Below, one piece after another: positions 1 to 12,385 of a stretch of 64,000 nt of DNA. Positions within the stretch are counted from its first letter, which is position 1; every line of letters begins with the position of its first letter. The position numbers and the translations under genes were made by a program. The stretch comes from Auanema rhodensis (taxonomy: Eukaryota; Animalia; Nematoda): contig OZ059898.1 in the NCBI GenBank assembly GCA_964057225.1, positions 10,416,001-10,480,000 of the forward strand. Reading direction: 5' to 3'. The notes beneath the pieces were generated by a model. The model had not been told where the DNA came from and ran no database searches. It saw only the letters and a program-made list of their open reading frames with translations.

Positions 1-2
1 CT

Positions 3-695
3 ACTTTTGAAAAAATGTCCAATACATCAGACATAAAATCTCCTAACCAAAACTTTAAAACTAAAGATAACACGTTATCATTCTCTACGAATTTAGACGA
101 AAATTTAGTTACGGTCGATTCATCCCTATTCTTAAACTCAGTGATCTTCTCCAACAATTTGCCCTGCGCACCTGCCCTGACAAAACTATCAGGTTGCTAC
201 TCCTGCGGGCAGGGTGCATTCGCAGAATTCCAATGCCTTACGGCAGAAGAAACATGGATTTCTATCGAATGTCAAAAAGAAGTATTCATGATAAAATGCT
301 CTCCAAAAGTAGCAATCACAAAAGTAACAATGAAAAGAGAAAATTCTCAGATTGATGAATTATGCTATACCACATGCGACAATAAAAAAATTAAGATCAT
401 TATTAAAGGAATATTACATCACATAGCAAGCATAGATGAAATAAACGAAAGTGACTCAAGTAAGGGTACAGAATCCAAATCCATTGACTTTGCTCCAATC
501 TTCAAGTTAATTTTATCAAAGTTGGGAATCATATTGATAGGTGTTGCAATAACCGCCACCATAGGATATGTGGCATGTACACCCATCATGTACTGTGTAG
601 TTTTGAATACAGTCTTAACCACACAATGGATAGCTACCAGGATATTCACACTGTGGATAAAATCAAAAGCCTTATTTCGGGATCAAAGATTTTAA
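3..695 (+). CDS. env: C-terminal part of a phlebovirus Gc-like (class II fusion) envelope glycoprotein, probably the end of a Gag-Pol-Env polyprotein
   Basis: Frame is open from the window edge (ACT TTT GAA AAA ATG). Motif LSGCYSCGQGA..F.C, spaced cysteines (IEC, IKC, ELCYTTC) and a C-terminal hydrophobic TM (LGIILIGVAITATIGYVAC) resemble the phlebovirus G2 C-terminal domain. Recognised by eye. Confidence 0.75.
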   Translation, partial: TFEKMSNTSDIKSPNQNFKTKDNTLSFSTNLDENLVTVDSSLFLNSVIFSNNLPCAPALTKLSGCYSCGQGAFAEFQCLTAEETWISIECQKEVFMIKCSPKVAITKVTMKRENSQIDELCYTTCDNKKIKIIIKGILHHIASIDEINESDSSKGTESKSIDFAPIFKLILSKLGIILIGVAITATIGYVACTPIMYCVVLNTVLTTQWIATRIFTLWIKSKALFRDQRF

Positions 696-997
696 AAGCA
701 TAAGAGAAGAATTTCTTGTGGAGATAAAATTTAAAATTAAAAATTGAAATAATAATGAAACAAAAGAAAAAGAAAGCATTATGTACGAATATAACCATTG
801 TAATAAAACAATATCATTGTTTTTCTTTCTTTTCAATTTATGGTAGTATCAAGTTTCTTTTATCCAACTCAGTTACATAACACATAACCTTTTGTACAGG
901 CTCTAAAATTCATTGTATCTGTAACAAGATAACCTAAACACACCATTGTACAATGAACTAATAGATGTTAATCAGCGTTTAAAGTCCAGATGTGAAC

Positions 998-1504
998 ATG
1001 TATATAAGGATGCAGATCATGTCTTTCCTATATTCCATGAAAATGGAAGATATTGTCTCGAATATAATTGAGAATGCTTCCTTTGAGGAAGAGCTCAAAA
1101 AATATTCCCATCTACCTAACACTGCTGCCAATCTGAGGCAACTAATTGTGCTTGAAAAGAGGCTCTACGAGCACCTAGCTAGCGCGGTGAACCATCTATC
1201 CGAACGACTGGACAATATTCAACATTCGTTAAATCTGAAACTAGACAATTTGACCATTCAGACTGCTCCTAAAGCTTCATGTGTATTCTGCAATAAACCG
1301 ACAGCTGATGGGCACCGTACTGCGGCCTGTCCGATTTATCCTTCCTCACCGGAACGCACTCTCCGTCTTCATGAACTGGGGTTATGCATCAGATGTTTGA
1401 ATCAAAAACATCCAGCGATATGCGAGGTATCCTGCTATAGATGTAAGGCGGATACGCATCATGGAGTGGTTTGTGGAGATATAAAACGTAAAAGACCTTT
1501 GTAG
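998..1504 (+). CDS. BEL element accessory protein: helical N-terminus plus triple Cys/His zinc-knuckle-like domain
   Basis: CVFC-x7-H-x4-CP, then LCIRCL-x3-H-x3-C-x3-CYRC-x4-HH-x3-C, and a basic end KRKRP. The track start at 992 is GTG; the first ATG is at 998, with alternatives up to 1043. Confidence 0.7.
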   Translation: MYIRMQIMSFLYSMKMEDIVSNIIENASFEEELKKYSHLPNTAANLRQLIVLEKRLYEHLASAVNHLSERLDNIQHSLNLKLDNLTIQTAPKASCVFCNKPTADGHRTAACPIYPSSPERTLRLHELGLCIRCLNQKHPAICEVSCYRCKADTHHGVVCGDIKRKRPL

Positions 1505-1521
1505 GCCTTCTTCTCATTCCC

Positions 1522-1534
1522 GAATTGCCGGGAG
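1522..1534 (+). promoter_or_regulatory. Polypurine-tract-like site before the BEL 3' LTR
   Basis: GAATTGCCGGGAG immediately precedes TGT at 1535. Confidence 0.55.
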
Positions 1535-1598
1535 TGTCGCGATAAGCGAGTGAGTTTGTATAATTTTTTTATCTTCAACAATTGTTTTATTTGTTTCT

Positions 1599-1639
<41 letters not shown>

Positions 1640-1883
1640 TTCTTCTAACTTCCTAAGTAATTTTTATCCATACCACATGTTGTGTTATACATGTGGCATG
1701 ACTAACTCTTTGTTTCAGGCTGACGACCGCCCACGAGAAGAGATCAGTCTTACATTTTTTAACGTTCGCAGTCAGTGATTCTATTCCGTGCTTGTCTTGT
1801 TAATTCATCAATAAACCCTTTTCTACATATTCGCTTTGTGTTTTATTTCCAACCATACTATACACTTGCGGTATAACGCCACA
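1535..1883 (+). repeat. 3' LTR of the BEL element (349 bp)
   Basis: TG...CA termini with an imperfect inverted repeat TGTCGCG/CGCCACA, an internal (CT)n tract at ~1602-1636 and AATAAA at 1810-1815. The partner LTR lies outside the window. Confidence 0.75.
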
Positions 1884-2612
1884 TAAGTTTTAGAAAAAAA
1901 TTAAAGTTCAGCTGTCTCTACTATTAACTGATTATCGGCTAAAATAAGGTAACAGTTTTTATTAAAAGTTTCCGTGATTAATATTAAACAAAGAAAAAAA
2001 AATCAAAGAAAAACACTTCTTGTTTACTTATTTGATTATAACACTTGAAATTCCAACAAAAGTAAAGTAAAACTGTTAAAGCGAGTAAAACTGTTGAACG
2101 ATTTGAAGAGAATTGTAAGTTTAAGAAAAGATTTAAAGTTTAGCTTTGTCTACTATTAACTGATTATCGGCTGAAATAAGGTAACAGTTTTTATTAAAAG
2201 TTTCCGTGATTAATATTAAACAAAGAAAAAAAAATCAAAGAAAAACACTTCTTGTTTACTTATTTGATTATAACACTTGAAATTCCAACAAAAGTAAAGT
2301 AAAACTGTTAAAGCGAGTAAAACTGTTGAACGATTTGAAGACAATTGTAAGTTGAAGAAAAAAATTAAAGTTTAGCTCTCTCTACTATTAACTGAATGTC
2401 GGCTGAAATAAGGTAACAGTTTTTATTAAAAGTTTCCATGATTAAGATTAAACAAAGAAAAAAAATCAAAGAGAAACACTTCTTGTTTACTAATTTGATT
2501 ATAACACTTGAAAATCCAACAAAAGTAAAATAAAACTGTGAAAGCGGGTAAAACTGTTGAACTAAAACAGTCTTTATAAAATATAAATGATATTTTTTTA
2601 TAAAAGTGAAGT

Positions 2613-2683
2613 TGCATCGGCCGGGAATCGAACCCGGGTCGCCCGCGTGGCAGGCGAGCATTCTACCACTGAACCACCGATGC
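2613..2683 (-). tRNA. tRNA-Gly (GCC)
   Basis: GCATCGGTGGTTCAGTGGTAGAATGCTCGCCTGCCACGCGGGCGACCCGGGTTCGATTCCCGGCCGATGCA: full cloverleaf, A/B boxes, TTTT terminator 7 nt downstream. Confidence 0.97.
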
Positions 2684-4401
2684 TTCGAAAATGTTAGATT
2701 GTTTCCGAAACATTATGAAAAGTCAAGTTCTACTGATTTGAAGAGAATTGTAAGTTTTAGAAAAGAATTAAAGTTCAGCTATCTCTACTATTAACTGATT
2801 ATCGGCTAAAATAAGGTAACAGTTTTTATTGAAAGTTTCCATGATTAAGATTAAACAAAGAAAAAAATCAAAGAGAAACACTTCTTGTTTACTTACTTGA
2901 TTATAATACTTGAAATTCCAAAAACAGTAAAATAAAATTGAGGAAGCGACAAAAACAGTTGAACGATTTGAAGAGAATTGTAAGTTTAAGAAAAGATTTA
3001 AAGTTTAGCTTTGTCTACTATTAACTGATTATCGGCTGAAATATGGTAACAGTTTTTATTGAAAGTTTCCGTGATTAAGATTAAACAAAGAAAAAAAAAT
3101 CAAAGAGAAACACTTCTTGTTTACTTATTTGATTATAACACTTGAAATTCCAACAAAAGTAAAGTAAAATTGAGAAAGCGACAAAAACAGTTGAACGATT
3201 TGAAGAGAATTGTAAGTTTAAGAAAAGATTTAAAGTTTAGCTTTGTCTACTATTAACTGATTATCGGCTGAAATATGGTAACAGTTTTTATTGAAAGTTT
3301 CCATGATTAAGATTAAACAAATTAAAAAATCAAAGAGAAACACTTCTTGTTTACTTACTTGATTATAATACTTGAAATTCCAAAAACAGTAAAATAAAAT
3401 TGAGAAAGCGACAAAAACAGTTGAACGATTTGAAGAGAATTGTAAGTTTAAGAAAAGATTTAAAGTTTAGCTTTGTCTACTATTAACTGATTATCGGCTG
3501 AAATATGGTAACAGTTTTTATTGAAAGTTTCCATGATTAAGATTAAACAAAGAAAAAAATCAAAGAGAAACACTTCTTGTTTACTTACTTGATTATAATA
3601 CTTGAAATTCCAAAAACAGTAAAATAAAATTGAGAAAGCGACAAAAACAGTTGAACGATTTGAAGAGAATTGTAAGTTTAAGAAAAGATTTAAAGTTTAG
3701 CTTTGTCTACTATTAACTGATTATCGGCTGAAATATGGTAACAGTTTTTATTGAAAGTTTCCGTGATTAAGATTAAACAAAGGAAAAAAAATCAAAGAGA
3801 AACACTTCTTGTTTACTTACTTGATTATAATACTTGAAATTCCAAAAACAGTAAAATAAAATTGAGAAAGCGACAAAAACAGTTGAACGATTTGAAGAGA
3901 ATTGTAAGTTTAAGAAAAGATTTAAAGTTTAGCTTTGTCTACTATTAACTGATTATCGGCTGAAATATGGTAACAGTTTTTATTGAAAGTTTCCGTGATT
4001 AAGATTAAACAAAGAAAAAAAAATCAAAGAGAAACACTTTTTGTTTACTTATTTGATTATAATACTTGAAATTCCAAAAACAGTAGAATAAAATTGAGAA
4101 AGCGACAAAAACAGTTGAACGATTTGAAGAGAATTGTAAGTTTTAGAAAAGAATTAAAGTTCAGCTCTCTCTACTATTAACTGAATGTCGGCTAAAATAT
4201 AGTAACAGTTTTTATTAAAAGTTTCCATGATTAAGTTTAAACAAAGAAAAAAAATCAAAGAGAAACACTTCTTGTTTACTAATTTGATTATAACACTTGA
4301 AAATCCAACAAAAGTAAAATAAAACTGTGAAAGCGGGTAAAACTGTTGAACTTAAACAGTATTTATAAAATATAAATGATATTTTTTTATAAAAGTGAAG
4401 T

Positions 4402-4472
4402 TGCATCGGCCGGGAATCGAACCCGGGTCGCCCGCGTGGCAGGCGAGCATTCTACCACTGAACCACCGATGC
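4402..4472 (-). tRNA. tRNA-Gly (GCC)
   Basis: Same 71-nt sequence as 2613-2683. Confidence 0.97.
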
Positions 4473-5036
4473 TTCTAAAATGTTAGATTGTTTCCGAAAA
4501 ATTATGAAAAGTCAAGTTCTACTGATTTGAAGAGAATTCTAAGTTTTTGAAAATAATTAAAAATTAGTTCTCTCTACTATTAACTGATTGTCGGCTAAAA
4601 TATGGTAACAGTTTTTATAAAAAATTTCCATGATTAGGATTAAACAAAGAAAAAAATCAAAGAGAAACACTTCTTGTTTACTCACTTGATTATACTACTT
4701 GAAATACGAAAAAAAGTAAAGAACAATTGAGAAAGCGACATAAACAGTTGAACGATTTGAAGAGAATTGTAAGTTTAAGAAAAGAACTAAAGTTTAGCTT
4801 TGTCTACTATTAACTGATTATCGGCTGAAATATGGTAACAGTTTTTTATTAAAAGTTTCCATGATTAAGATTAAACAAAGAAAAAAAAATCAAAGAGAAA
4901 CACTTCTTGTTTACTAATTTGATTATAACACTTGAAAATCCAACAAAAGTAAAATAAAACTGTTAAAGCGAGTAAAACTGTTGAAATAAAACAGTTTTTA
5001 TTAAATATAAATGATATTTTTTTATAAAAATGAAGT

Positions 5037-5107
5037 TGCATCGGCCGGGAATCGAACCCGGGTCGCCCGCGTGGCAGGCGAGCATTCTACCACTGAACCA
5101 CCGATGC
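5037..5107 (-). tRNA. tRNA-Gly (GCC)
   Basis: Same 71-nt sequence. Confidence 0.97.
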
Positions 5108-6132
5108 TTCGAAAATGTTAGATTGTTTCCGATAAATTATGAAAAGTCAAGTTCTACTGATTTGAAGAGATTTGTAAGTTTTAGAAAAAAATTAAAGTTC
5201 AGCTGTCTCTACTATTAACTGATTATCGGCTAAAATAAGGTAACAGTTTTTATTGAAAGTTTCCATGATTATGATTAAACAAAGAAAAAAATCAATAAGA
5301 AACACTTCTTGTTTACTTATTTGATTATAATACTTGAATTTCCAAAAACAGTAGAATAAAATAGAGAAAGCGACGAAAAAAGTTGAACGATTTGAAGAGA
5401 ATTGTAAGTTTCAGAAAAGAATCAAAGTTCAGCTATCTCTACTATTAACTGATTATCGGCTGAAATAAGGTAACAGTTTTTATTGAAAGTTTCCGTGATT
5501 AATATTAAACAAAGAAAAAAAAATCAAAGAGAAACACTTCTTGTTTACTTATTTGATTATAACACTTGAAATTCCAACAAAAGTAAAGTAAAACTGTTAA
5601 AGCGAGTAAAACTGTTGAACGATTTGAAGACAATTGTAAGTTGAAGAAAAAAATTAAAGTTTAGCTCTCTCTACTATTAACTGAATGTCGGCTGAAATAA
5701 GGTAACAGTTTTTATTAAAAGTTTCCATGATTAAGATTAAACAAAGAAAAAAAATCAAAGAGAAACACTTCTTGTTTACTAATTTGATTATAACACTTGA
5801 AAATCCAACAAAAGTAAAGTAAAACTGTTAAAGCGAGTAAAACTGTTGAACAATTTGAAGACAATTGTAAGTTGAAAAAAAAAATTGAAGTTTTGCTCTC
5901 TCTACTATTAACTGAATGTCGGCTAAAATATGATAACAGTTTTTATTAAAAGTTTCCATGATTAAGATTAAACAAAGAAAAAAAATCAAAGAGAAACACT
6001 TCTTGTTTACTAATTTGATTATAACACTTGAAATTCCAACAAAAGTAAAATAAAACTGTGAAAGCGGGTAAAACTGTTGAACTAAAACAGTCTTTATAAA
6101 ATATAAATGATATTTTTTTATAAAAGTGAAGT

Positions 6133-6203
6133 TGCATCGGCCGGGAATCGAACCCGGGTCGCCCGCGTGGCAGGCGAGCATTCTACCACTGAACCACCGA
6201 TGC
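6133..6203 (-). tRNA. tRNA-Gly (GCC)
   Basis: Same 71-nt sequence. Confidence 0.97.
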
Positions 6204-7230
6204 TTCGAAAATGTTAGATTGTTTCCGAAAAATTATGAAAAGTCAAGTTCTACTGATTTGAAGAGAATTGTAAGTTTTAGAAAATAATTAAAAATAAGTT
6301 CTCTCTACTATTAACTGATTGTCGGCTAAAATATGGTAACAGTTTTTATAAAAAGTTTCCATGATTAGGATTAAACAAAAAAAAGAATTAAAAAGAAACA
6401 CTTCTTGTTTACTTACTTGATTATACTACTTGAAATTCGAAAAAAAGTAAAAAACAATTGAGAAAGCGACATAAACAGTTGAACGATTTGAAGAGAATTG
6501 TAAGTTTAAGAAAAGAATTAAAGTTTAGCTTTGTCTACTATTAACTGATTATCGGCTGAAATATGGTGACAGTTTTTTATTAAAAGTTTCCATGATTAAG
6601 ATTAAACAAAGAAGAAAAAATCAAAGAGAGACACTTCTTGTTTACTTATTTGATTATAATACTTGAAATTCCAAAAACAGTAAAATAAAATTGAGAAAGC
6701 GACAAAAACAGTTGAACGATTTGAAGAGAATTGTAAGTTTAAGAAAAGATTTAAAGTTTAGCTTTGTCTACTATTAACTGATTATCGGCTGAAATATGGT
6801 GACAGTTTTTTATTAAAAGTTTCCATGATTAAGATTAAACAAAGAAAAAAAAATCAAAGAGAAACAGTTCTTGTTTACTAATTTGATTATAACACTTGAA
6901 ATTCCAACAAAAGTAAAGTAAAACTGTTAAAGCGAGTAAAACTGTTGAACAATTTGAAGACAATTGTAAGTTGAAAAAAAAATTAAAGTTTAGCTCTCTC
7001 TACTATAAACTGAATGTCGGCTAAAATATGATAACAGTTTTTATTAAAAGTTTCCATGATTAAGATTAAACAAAGAAAAAAATCAAAGAGAAACACTTCT
7101 TGTTTACTAATTTGATTATAACACTTGAAATTCCAACAAAAGTAAAATAAAACTGTGAAAGCGGGTAAAACTGTTGAACTAAAACAGTCTTTATAAAATA
7201 TAAATGATATTTTTTTTATAAAAGTGAAGT

Positions 7231-7301
7231 TGCATCGGCCGGGAATCGAACCCGGGTCGCCCGCGTGGCAGGCGAGCATTCTACCACTGAACCACCGATG
7301 C
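7231..7301 (-). tRNA. tRNA-Gly (GCC)
   Basis: Same 71-nt sequence. Confidence 0.97.
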
Positions 7302-10300
7302 TTCGAAAATGTTAGATTGTTTCCGAAAAATTATGAAAAGTCAAGTTCTACTGATTTGAAGAGAATTGTAAGTTTTAGAAAATAATTAAAAATAAGTTCT
7401 CTCTACTATTAACTGATTGTCGGCTAAAATATGGTAACAGTTTTTATAAAAAGTTTCCATGATTAGGATTAAACAAAAAAAAGAATTAAAAAGAAACACT
7501 TCTTGTTTACTTACTTGATTATACTACTTGAAATTCAAAAAAAAGTAAAAAACAATTGAGAAAGCGACATAAACAGTTGAACGATTTGAAGAGAATTGTA
7601 AGTTTAAGAAAAGAATTAAAGTTTAGCTTCGTCTACTATTAACTGATTATCGGCTGAAATATGGTGACAGTTTTTTATTAAAAGTTTCCATGATTAAGAT
7701 TAAAGAAAGAAGAAAAAATCAAAGAGAGACACTTCTTGTTTACTTATTTGAATATAATACTTGAAATTCCAAAAACAGTAGAATAAAATAGAGAAAGCGA
7801 CGAAAAAAGTTGAACGATTTGAAGAGAATTGTAAGTTTTAGAAAAGAATTAAAGTTCAGCTATCTCTACTACTAACTGATTATCGGCTAAAATAAGATAA
7901 CAGTTTTTATTAAAAGTTTTCATGATTACGAATAAACAAAAAAAAGAATCAAAAAGAAACACTTCTTGTTTACGTATTTGATTATAATACTTGAAATTCC
8001 AAAAACAGTAGAATAAAATAGAGAAAGCGACGAAAAAAGTTGAACGATTTGAAGAGAATTGTAAGTTTTAGAAAAGAATTAAAGTTCAGCTATCTCTACT
8101 ATTAACTGATTATCGGCTAAAATAAGGTAACAGTTTTTATTAAAGCGAGTAAAACTGTTGAACGATTTGAAGACAATCGGCTAAAATAAGGTAACAGTTT
8201 TTATTAAAGCGAGTAAAACTGTTGAACGATTTGAAGACAATTGTAAGTTGAAGAAAAAAATTAAAGTTTAGCTCTCTCTACTATTTAATGATTGTCGGCT
8301 AAAATATGGTAACAGTTTTTATTAAAAGTTTCCATGATTAAGATTAAACAAAGAAAAAAAATCAAAGAGAAACACTTCTTGTTTACTTATTTGATTATAA
8401 CACTTGAAATTCCAACAAAAGTAAAGTAAAACTGTTAAAGCGAGTAAAACTGTTGAACGATTTGAAGACAATTGTAAGTTTTAGAAAAGAATTAAAGTTC
8501 AGCTATCTCTACTATTAGCTGATTATCGGCTAAAATAAGGTAACAGTTTTTATTGAAAGTTTCCATGATTATGATTAAACAAAGAAAAAAATCAAAGAGA
8601 AACACTTCTTGTTTACTTATTTGATTATAATACTTGAATTTCCAAAAACAGTAGAATAAAATAGAGAAAGCGACAAAAAAAGTTGAACGATTTGAAGAGA
8701 ATTGTAAGTTTCAGAAAAGAATCAAAGTTCAGCTATCTCTACTATTAACTGATTATCGGCTGAAATAAGGTAACAGTTTTTATTGAAAGTTTCCGTGATT
8801 AATATTAAACAAAGAAAAAAAATCAAAGAGAAACACTTCTTGTTTACTTATTTGATTATAACACTTGAAATTCCAACAAAAGTAAAGTAAAACTGTTAAA
8901 GCGAGTAAAACTGTTGAACGATTTGAAGACAATTGTAAGTTGAAGAAAAAAATTAAAGTTTAGCTCTCTCTACTATTTAATGATTGTCGGCTAAAATATG
9001 GTAACAGTTTTTATTGAAAGTTTCCATGATTATGATTAAACAAAGAAAAAAATCAAAGAGAAACACTTCTTGTTTACTTATTTGATTATAATACTTGAAT
9101 TTCCAAAAACAGTAGAATAAAATAGAGAAAGCGACAAAAAAAGTTGAACGATTTGAAGAGAATTGTAAGTTTCAGAAAAGAATCAAAGTTCAGCTATCTC
9201 TACTATTAACTGATTATCGGCTGAAATAAGGTAACAGTTTTTATTGAAAGTTTCCGTGATTAATATTAAACAAAGAAAAAAAATCAAAGAGAAACACTTC
9301 TTGTTTACTTATTTGATTATAACACTTGAAATTCCAACAAAAGTAAAGTAAAACTGTTAAAGCGAGTAAAACTGTTGAACGATTTGAACACAATTGTAAG
9401 TTGAAGAAAAAAATTAAAGTTTAGCTCTCTCTACTATTTAATGATTGTCGGCTAAAATATGGTAACAGTTTTTATTGAAAGTTTCCATGATTATGATTAA
9501 ACAAAGAAAAAAATCAAAGAGAAACACTTCTTGTTTACTTATTTGATTATAATACTTGAAATTCCAAAAACAGTAGAATAAAATTGAGAAAGCGACAAAA
9601 ACAGTTGAACGATTTGAAGAGAATTGTAAGTTTTAGAAAAGAATTAAAGTTCAGCTATCTCTACTATTAACTGATTATCGGCTAAAATAAGGTAACAGTT
9701 TTTATTGAAAGTTTCCATGATTAAGATTAAACAAAGAAAAAAATCAAAGAGAAACACTTCTTGTTTACTTACTTGATTATAATACTTGAAATTCCAAAAA
9801 CAGTAAAATAAAATTGAGAAAGCGACAAAAACAGTTGAACGATTTGAAGAGAATTGTAAGTTTAAGAAAAGATTTAAAGTTTAGCTTTGTCTACTATTAA
9901 CTGATTATCGGCTGAAATATGGTAACAGTTTTTATTGAAAGTTTCCGTGATTAAGATTAAACAAAGAAAAAAAAATCAAAGAGAAACACTTCTTGTTTAC
10001 TTATTTGATTATAACACTTGAAATTCCAACAAAAGTAAAGTAAAACTGTTAAAGCGAGTAAAACTGTTGAACGATTTGAAGACAATTGTAAGTTGAAGAA
10101 AAAAATTAAAGTTTAGCTCTCTCTACTATTAACTGAATGTCGGCTGAAATAAGGTAACAGTTTTTATTAAAAGTTTCCATGATTAAGATTAAACAAAGAA
10201 AAAAAATCAAAGAGAAACACTTCTTGTTTACTAATTTGATTATAACACTTGAAAATCCAACAAAAGTAAAATAAAACTGTGAAAGCGGGTAAAACTGTTG

Positions 10301-10353
10301 AACTAAAACAGTCTTTATAAAATATAAATGATATTTTTTTATAAAAGTGAAGT

Positions 10354-10424
10354 TGCATCGGCCGGGAATCGAACCCGGGTCACCCGCGTGGCAGGCGAGC
10401 ATTCTACCACTGAACCACCGATGC
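10354..10424 (-). tRNA. tRNA-Gly (GCC), variable-loop variant
   Basis: One substitution (plus strand gtcaccc instead of gtcgccc), a C>T in the variable loop. Stems are intact. Confidence 0.93.
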
Positions 10425-10987
10425 TTCTAAAATGTTAGATTGTTTCCGAAAAATTATGAAAAGTCAAGTTCTACTGATTTGAAGAGAATTGTAAGTTTTT
10501 GAAAATAATTAAAAATTAGTTCTCTCTACTATTAACTGATTGTCGGCTAAAATATGGTAACAGTTTTTATAAAAAATTTCCATGATTAGGATTAAACAAA
10601 GAAAAAAATCAAAGAGAAACACTTCTTGTTTACTTACTTGATTATACTACTTGAAATACGAAAAAAAGTAAAGAACAATTGAGAAAGCGACATAAACAGT
10701 TGAACGATTTGAAGAGAATTGTGAGTTTAAGAAAAGAACTAAAGTTTAGCTTTGTCTACTATTAACTGATTATCGGCTGAAATATGGTAACAGTTTTTTA
10801 TTAAAAGTTTCCATGATTAAGATTAAACAAAGAAAAAAAATCAAAGAGAAACACTTCTTGTTTACTAATTTGATTATAACACTTGAAAATCCAACAAAAG
10901 TAAAATAAAACTGTTAAAGCGAGTAAAACTGTTGAAATAAAACAGTTTTTATTAAATATAAATGATATTTTTTTATAAAAATGAAGT

Positions 10988-11058
10988 TGCATCGGCCGGG
11001 AATCGAACCCGGGTCGCCCGCGTGGCAGGCGAGCATTCTACCACTGAACCACCGATGC
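10988..11058 (-). tRNA. tRNA-Gly (GCC)
   Basis: Same 71-nt sequence. Confidence 0.97.
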
Positions 11059-12314
11059 TTCGAAAATGTTAGATTGTTTCCGAAAAATTATGAAAAGTCA
11101 AGTTCTACTGATTTGAAGAGATTTGTAAGTTTTAGAAAAGAATTAAAGTTCAGCTATCTCTACTATTAACTGATTATCGGCTAAAATAAGGTAACAGTTT
11201 TTATTGAAAGTTTCCATGATTAAGATTAAACAAAGAAAAAAAATCAAAGAGAAACACTTCTTGTTTACTTATTTGATTATAACACTTGAAATTCCAACAA
11301 AAGTAAAGTAAAACTGTTAAAGCGAGTAAAACTGTTGAACGATTTGAAGACAATTGTAAGTTTTAGAAAAGAATTAAAGTTCAGCTATCTCTACTATTAA
11401 CTGATTATCGGCTAAAATAAGGTAACAGTTTTTATTGAAAGTTTCCATGATTATGATTAAACAAAGAAAAAAATCGAAGAGAAACACTTCTTGTTTACTT
11501 ATTTGATTATAATACTTGAAATTCCAAAAACAGTAGAATAAAATAGAGAAAGCGACGAAAAAAGTTGAACGATTTGAAGAGAATTGTAAGTTTTAGAAAA
11601 GAATTAAAGTTCAGCTATCTCTACTACTAACTGATTATCGGCTAAAATAAGATAACAGTTTTTATTAAAAGTTTTCATGATTACGAATAAACAAAAAAAA
11701 GAATCAAAAAGAAACACTTCTTGTTTACTTACTTGATTATAATACTTGAAATTCAAAAAAAAGTAAAAAACAATTGAGAAAGCGACATAAACAGTTGAAC
11801 GATTTGAAGAGAATTGTAAGTTTTAGAAAAGAATTAAAGTTCAGCTATCTCTACTTTTAACTGATTAACGGCTAAAATAAGGTAACAGTTTTTATTGAAA
11901 GTTTCCGTGATTAATATTAAACAAAGAAAAAAAAATCAAAGAGAAACACTTCTTGTTTACTTATTTGATTATAACACTTGAAATTGCAACAAAAGTAAAG
12001 TAAAACTGTTAAAGCGAGTAAAACTGTTGAACGATTTGAAGACAATTGTAAGTTGAAGGAAAAAAAATAAAGTTTAGCTCTCTCTACTATTAACTGAATG
12101 TCGGCTGAAATATAGTAACAGTTTTTATTAAAAGTTTCCATGATTAAGATTAAACAAAGAAAAAAAATCAAAAAGAAACACTTCTTGTTTACTTACTTGA
12201 TTATAATACTTGAAATTGAAAAAAAAGTAAAAAACAATTGAGAAAGCGGGTAAAACTGTTGAACTAAAACAGTCTTTATAAAATATAAATGATATTTTTT
12301 TATAAAAGTGAAGT

Positions 12315-12385
12315 TGCATCGGCCGGGAATCGAACCCGGGTCGCCCGCGTGGCAGGCGAGCATTCTACCACTGAACCACCGATGC
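12315..12385 (-). tRNA. tRNA-Gly (GCC)
   Basis: Same 71-nt sequence. Confidence 0.97.

Larger units (their letters stand above)
1..1883 (+). mobile_element. 3' end of an env-bearing BEL/Pao (Belpaoviridae-like) LTR retrotransposon, cut by the window start
   Basis: Env-like ORF end, then a Cys/His ORF, then GCCGGGAG abutting an LTR TGTCGCG...CGCCACA, after which the satellite resumes (taagttttag). This layout matches nematode BEL elements with phlebovirus-like env. Confidence 0.8.

Noticed and set aside
419-649. 76-aa minus-strand ORF
   Set aside because: Antisense shadow of the env TM region.
2563-2734. tRNA-derived SINE
   Set aside because: The tRNA is complete and conserved, with its own terminator, no tail or TSD, and always the same position in the monomer.
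2365-2794. Repeated small ORFs MLACHAGDPGSIPGRC..., MKLHRPGIEPGSPAWQ..., MQLHFYKK...
   Set aside because: They are translations of the tRNA-Gly gene and satellite on both strands, not proteins.
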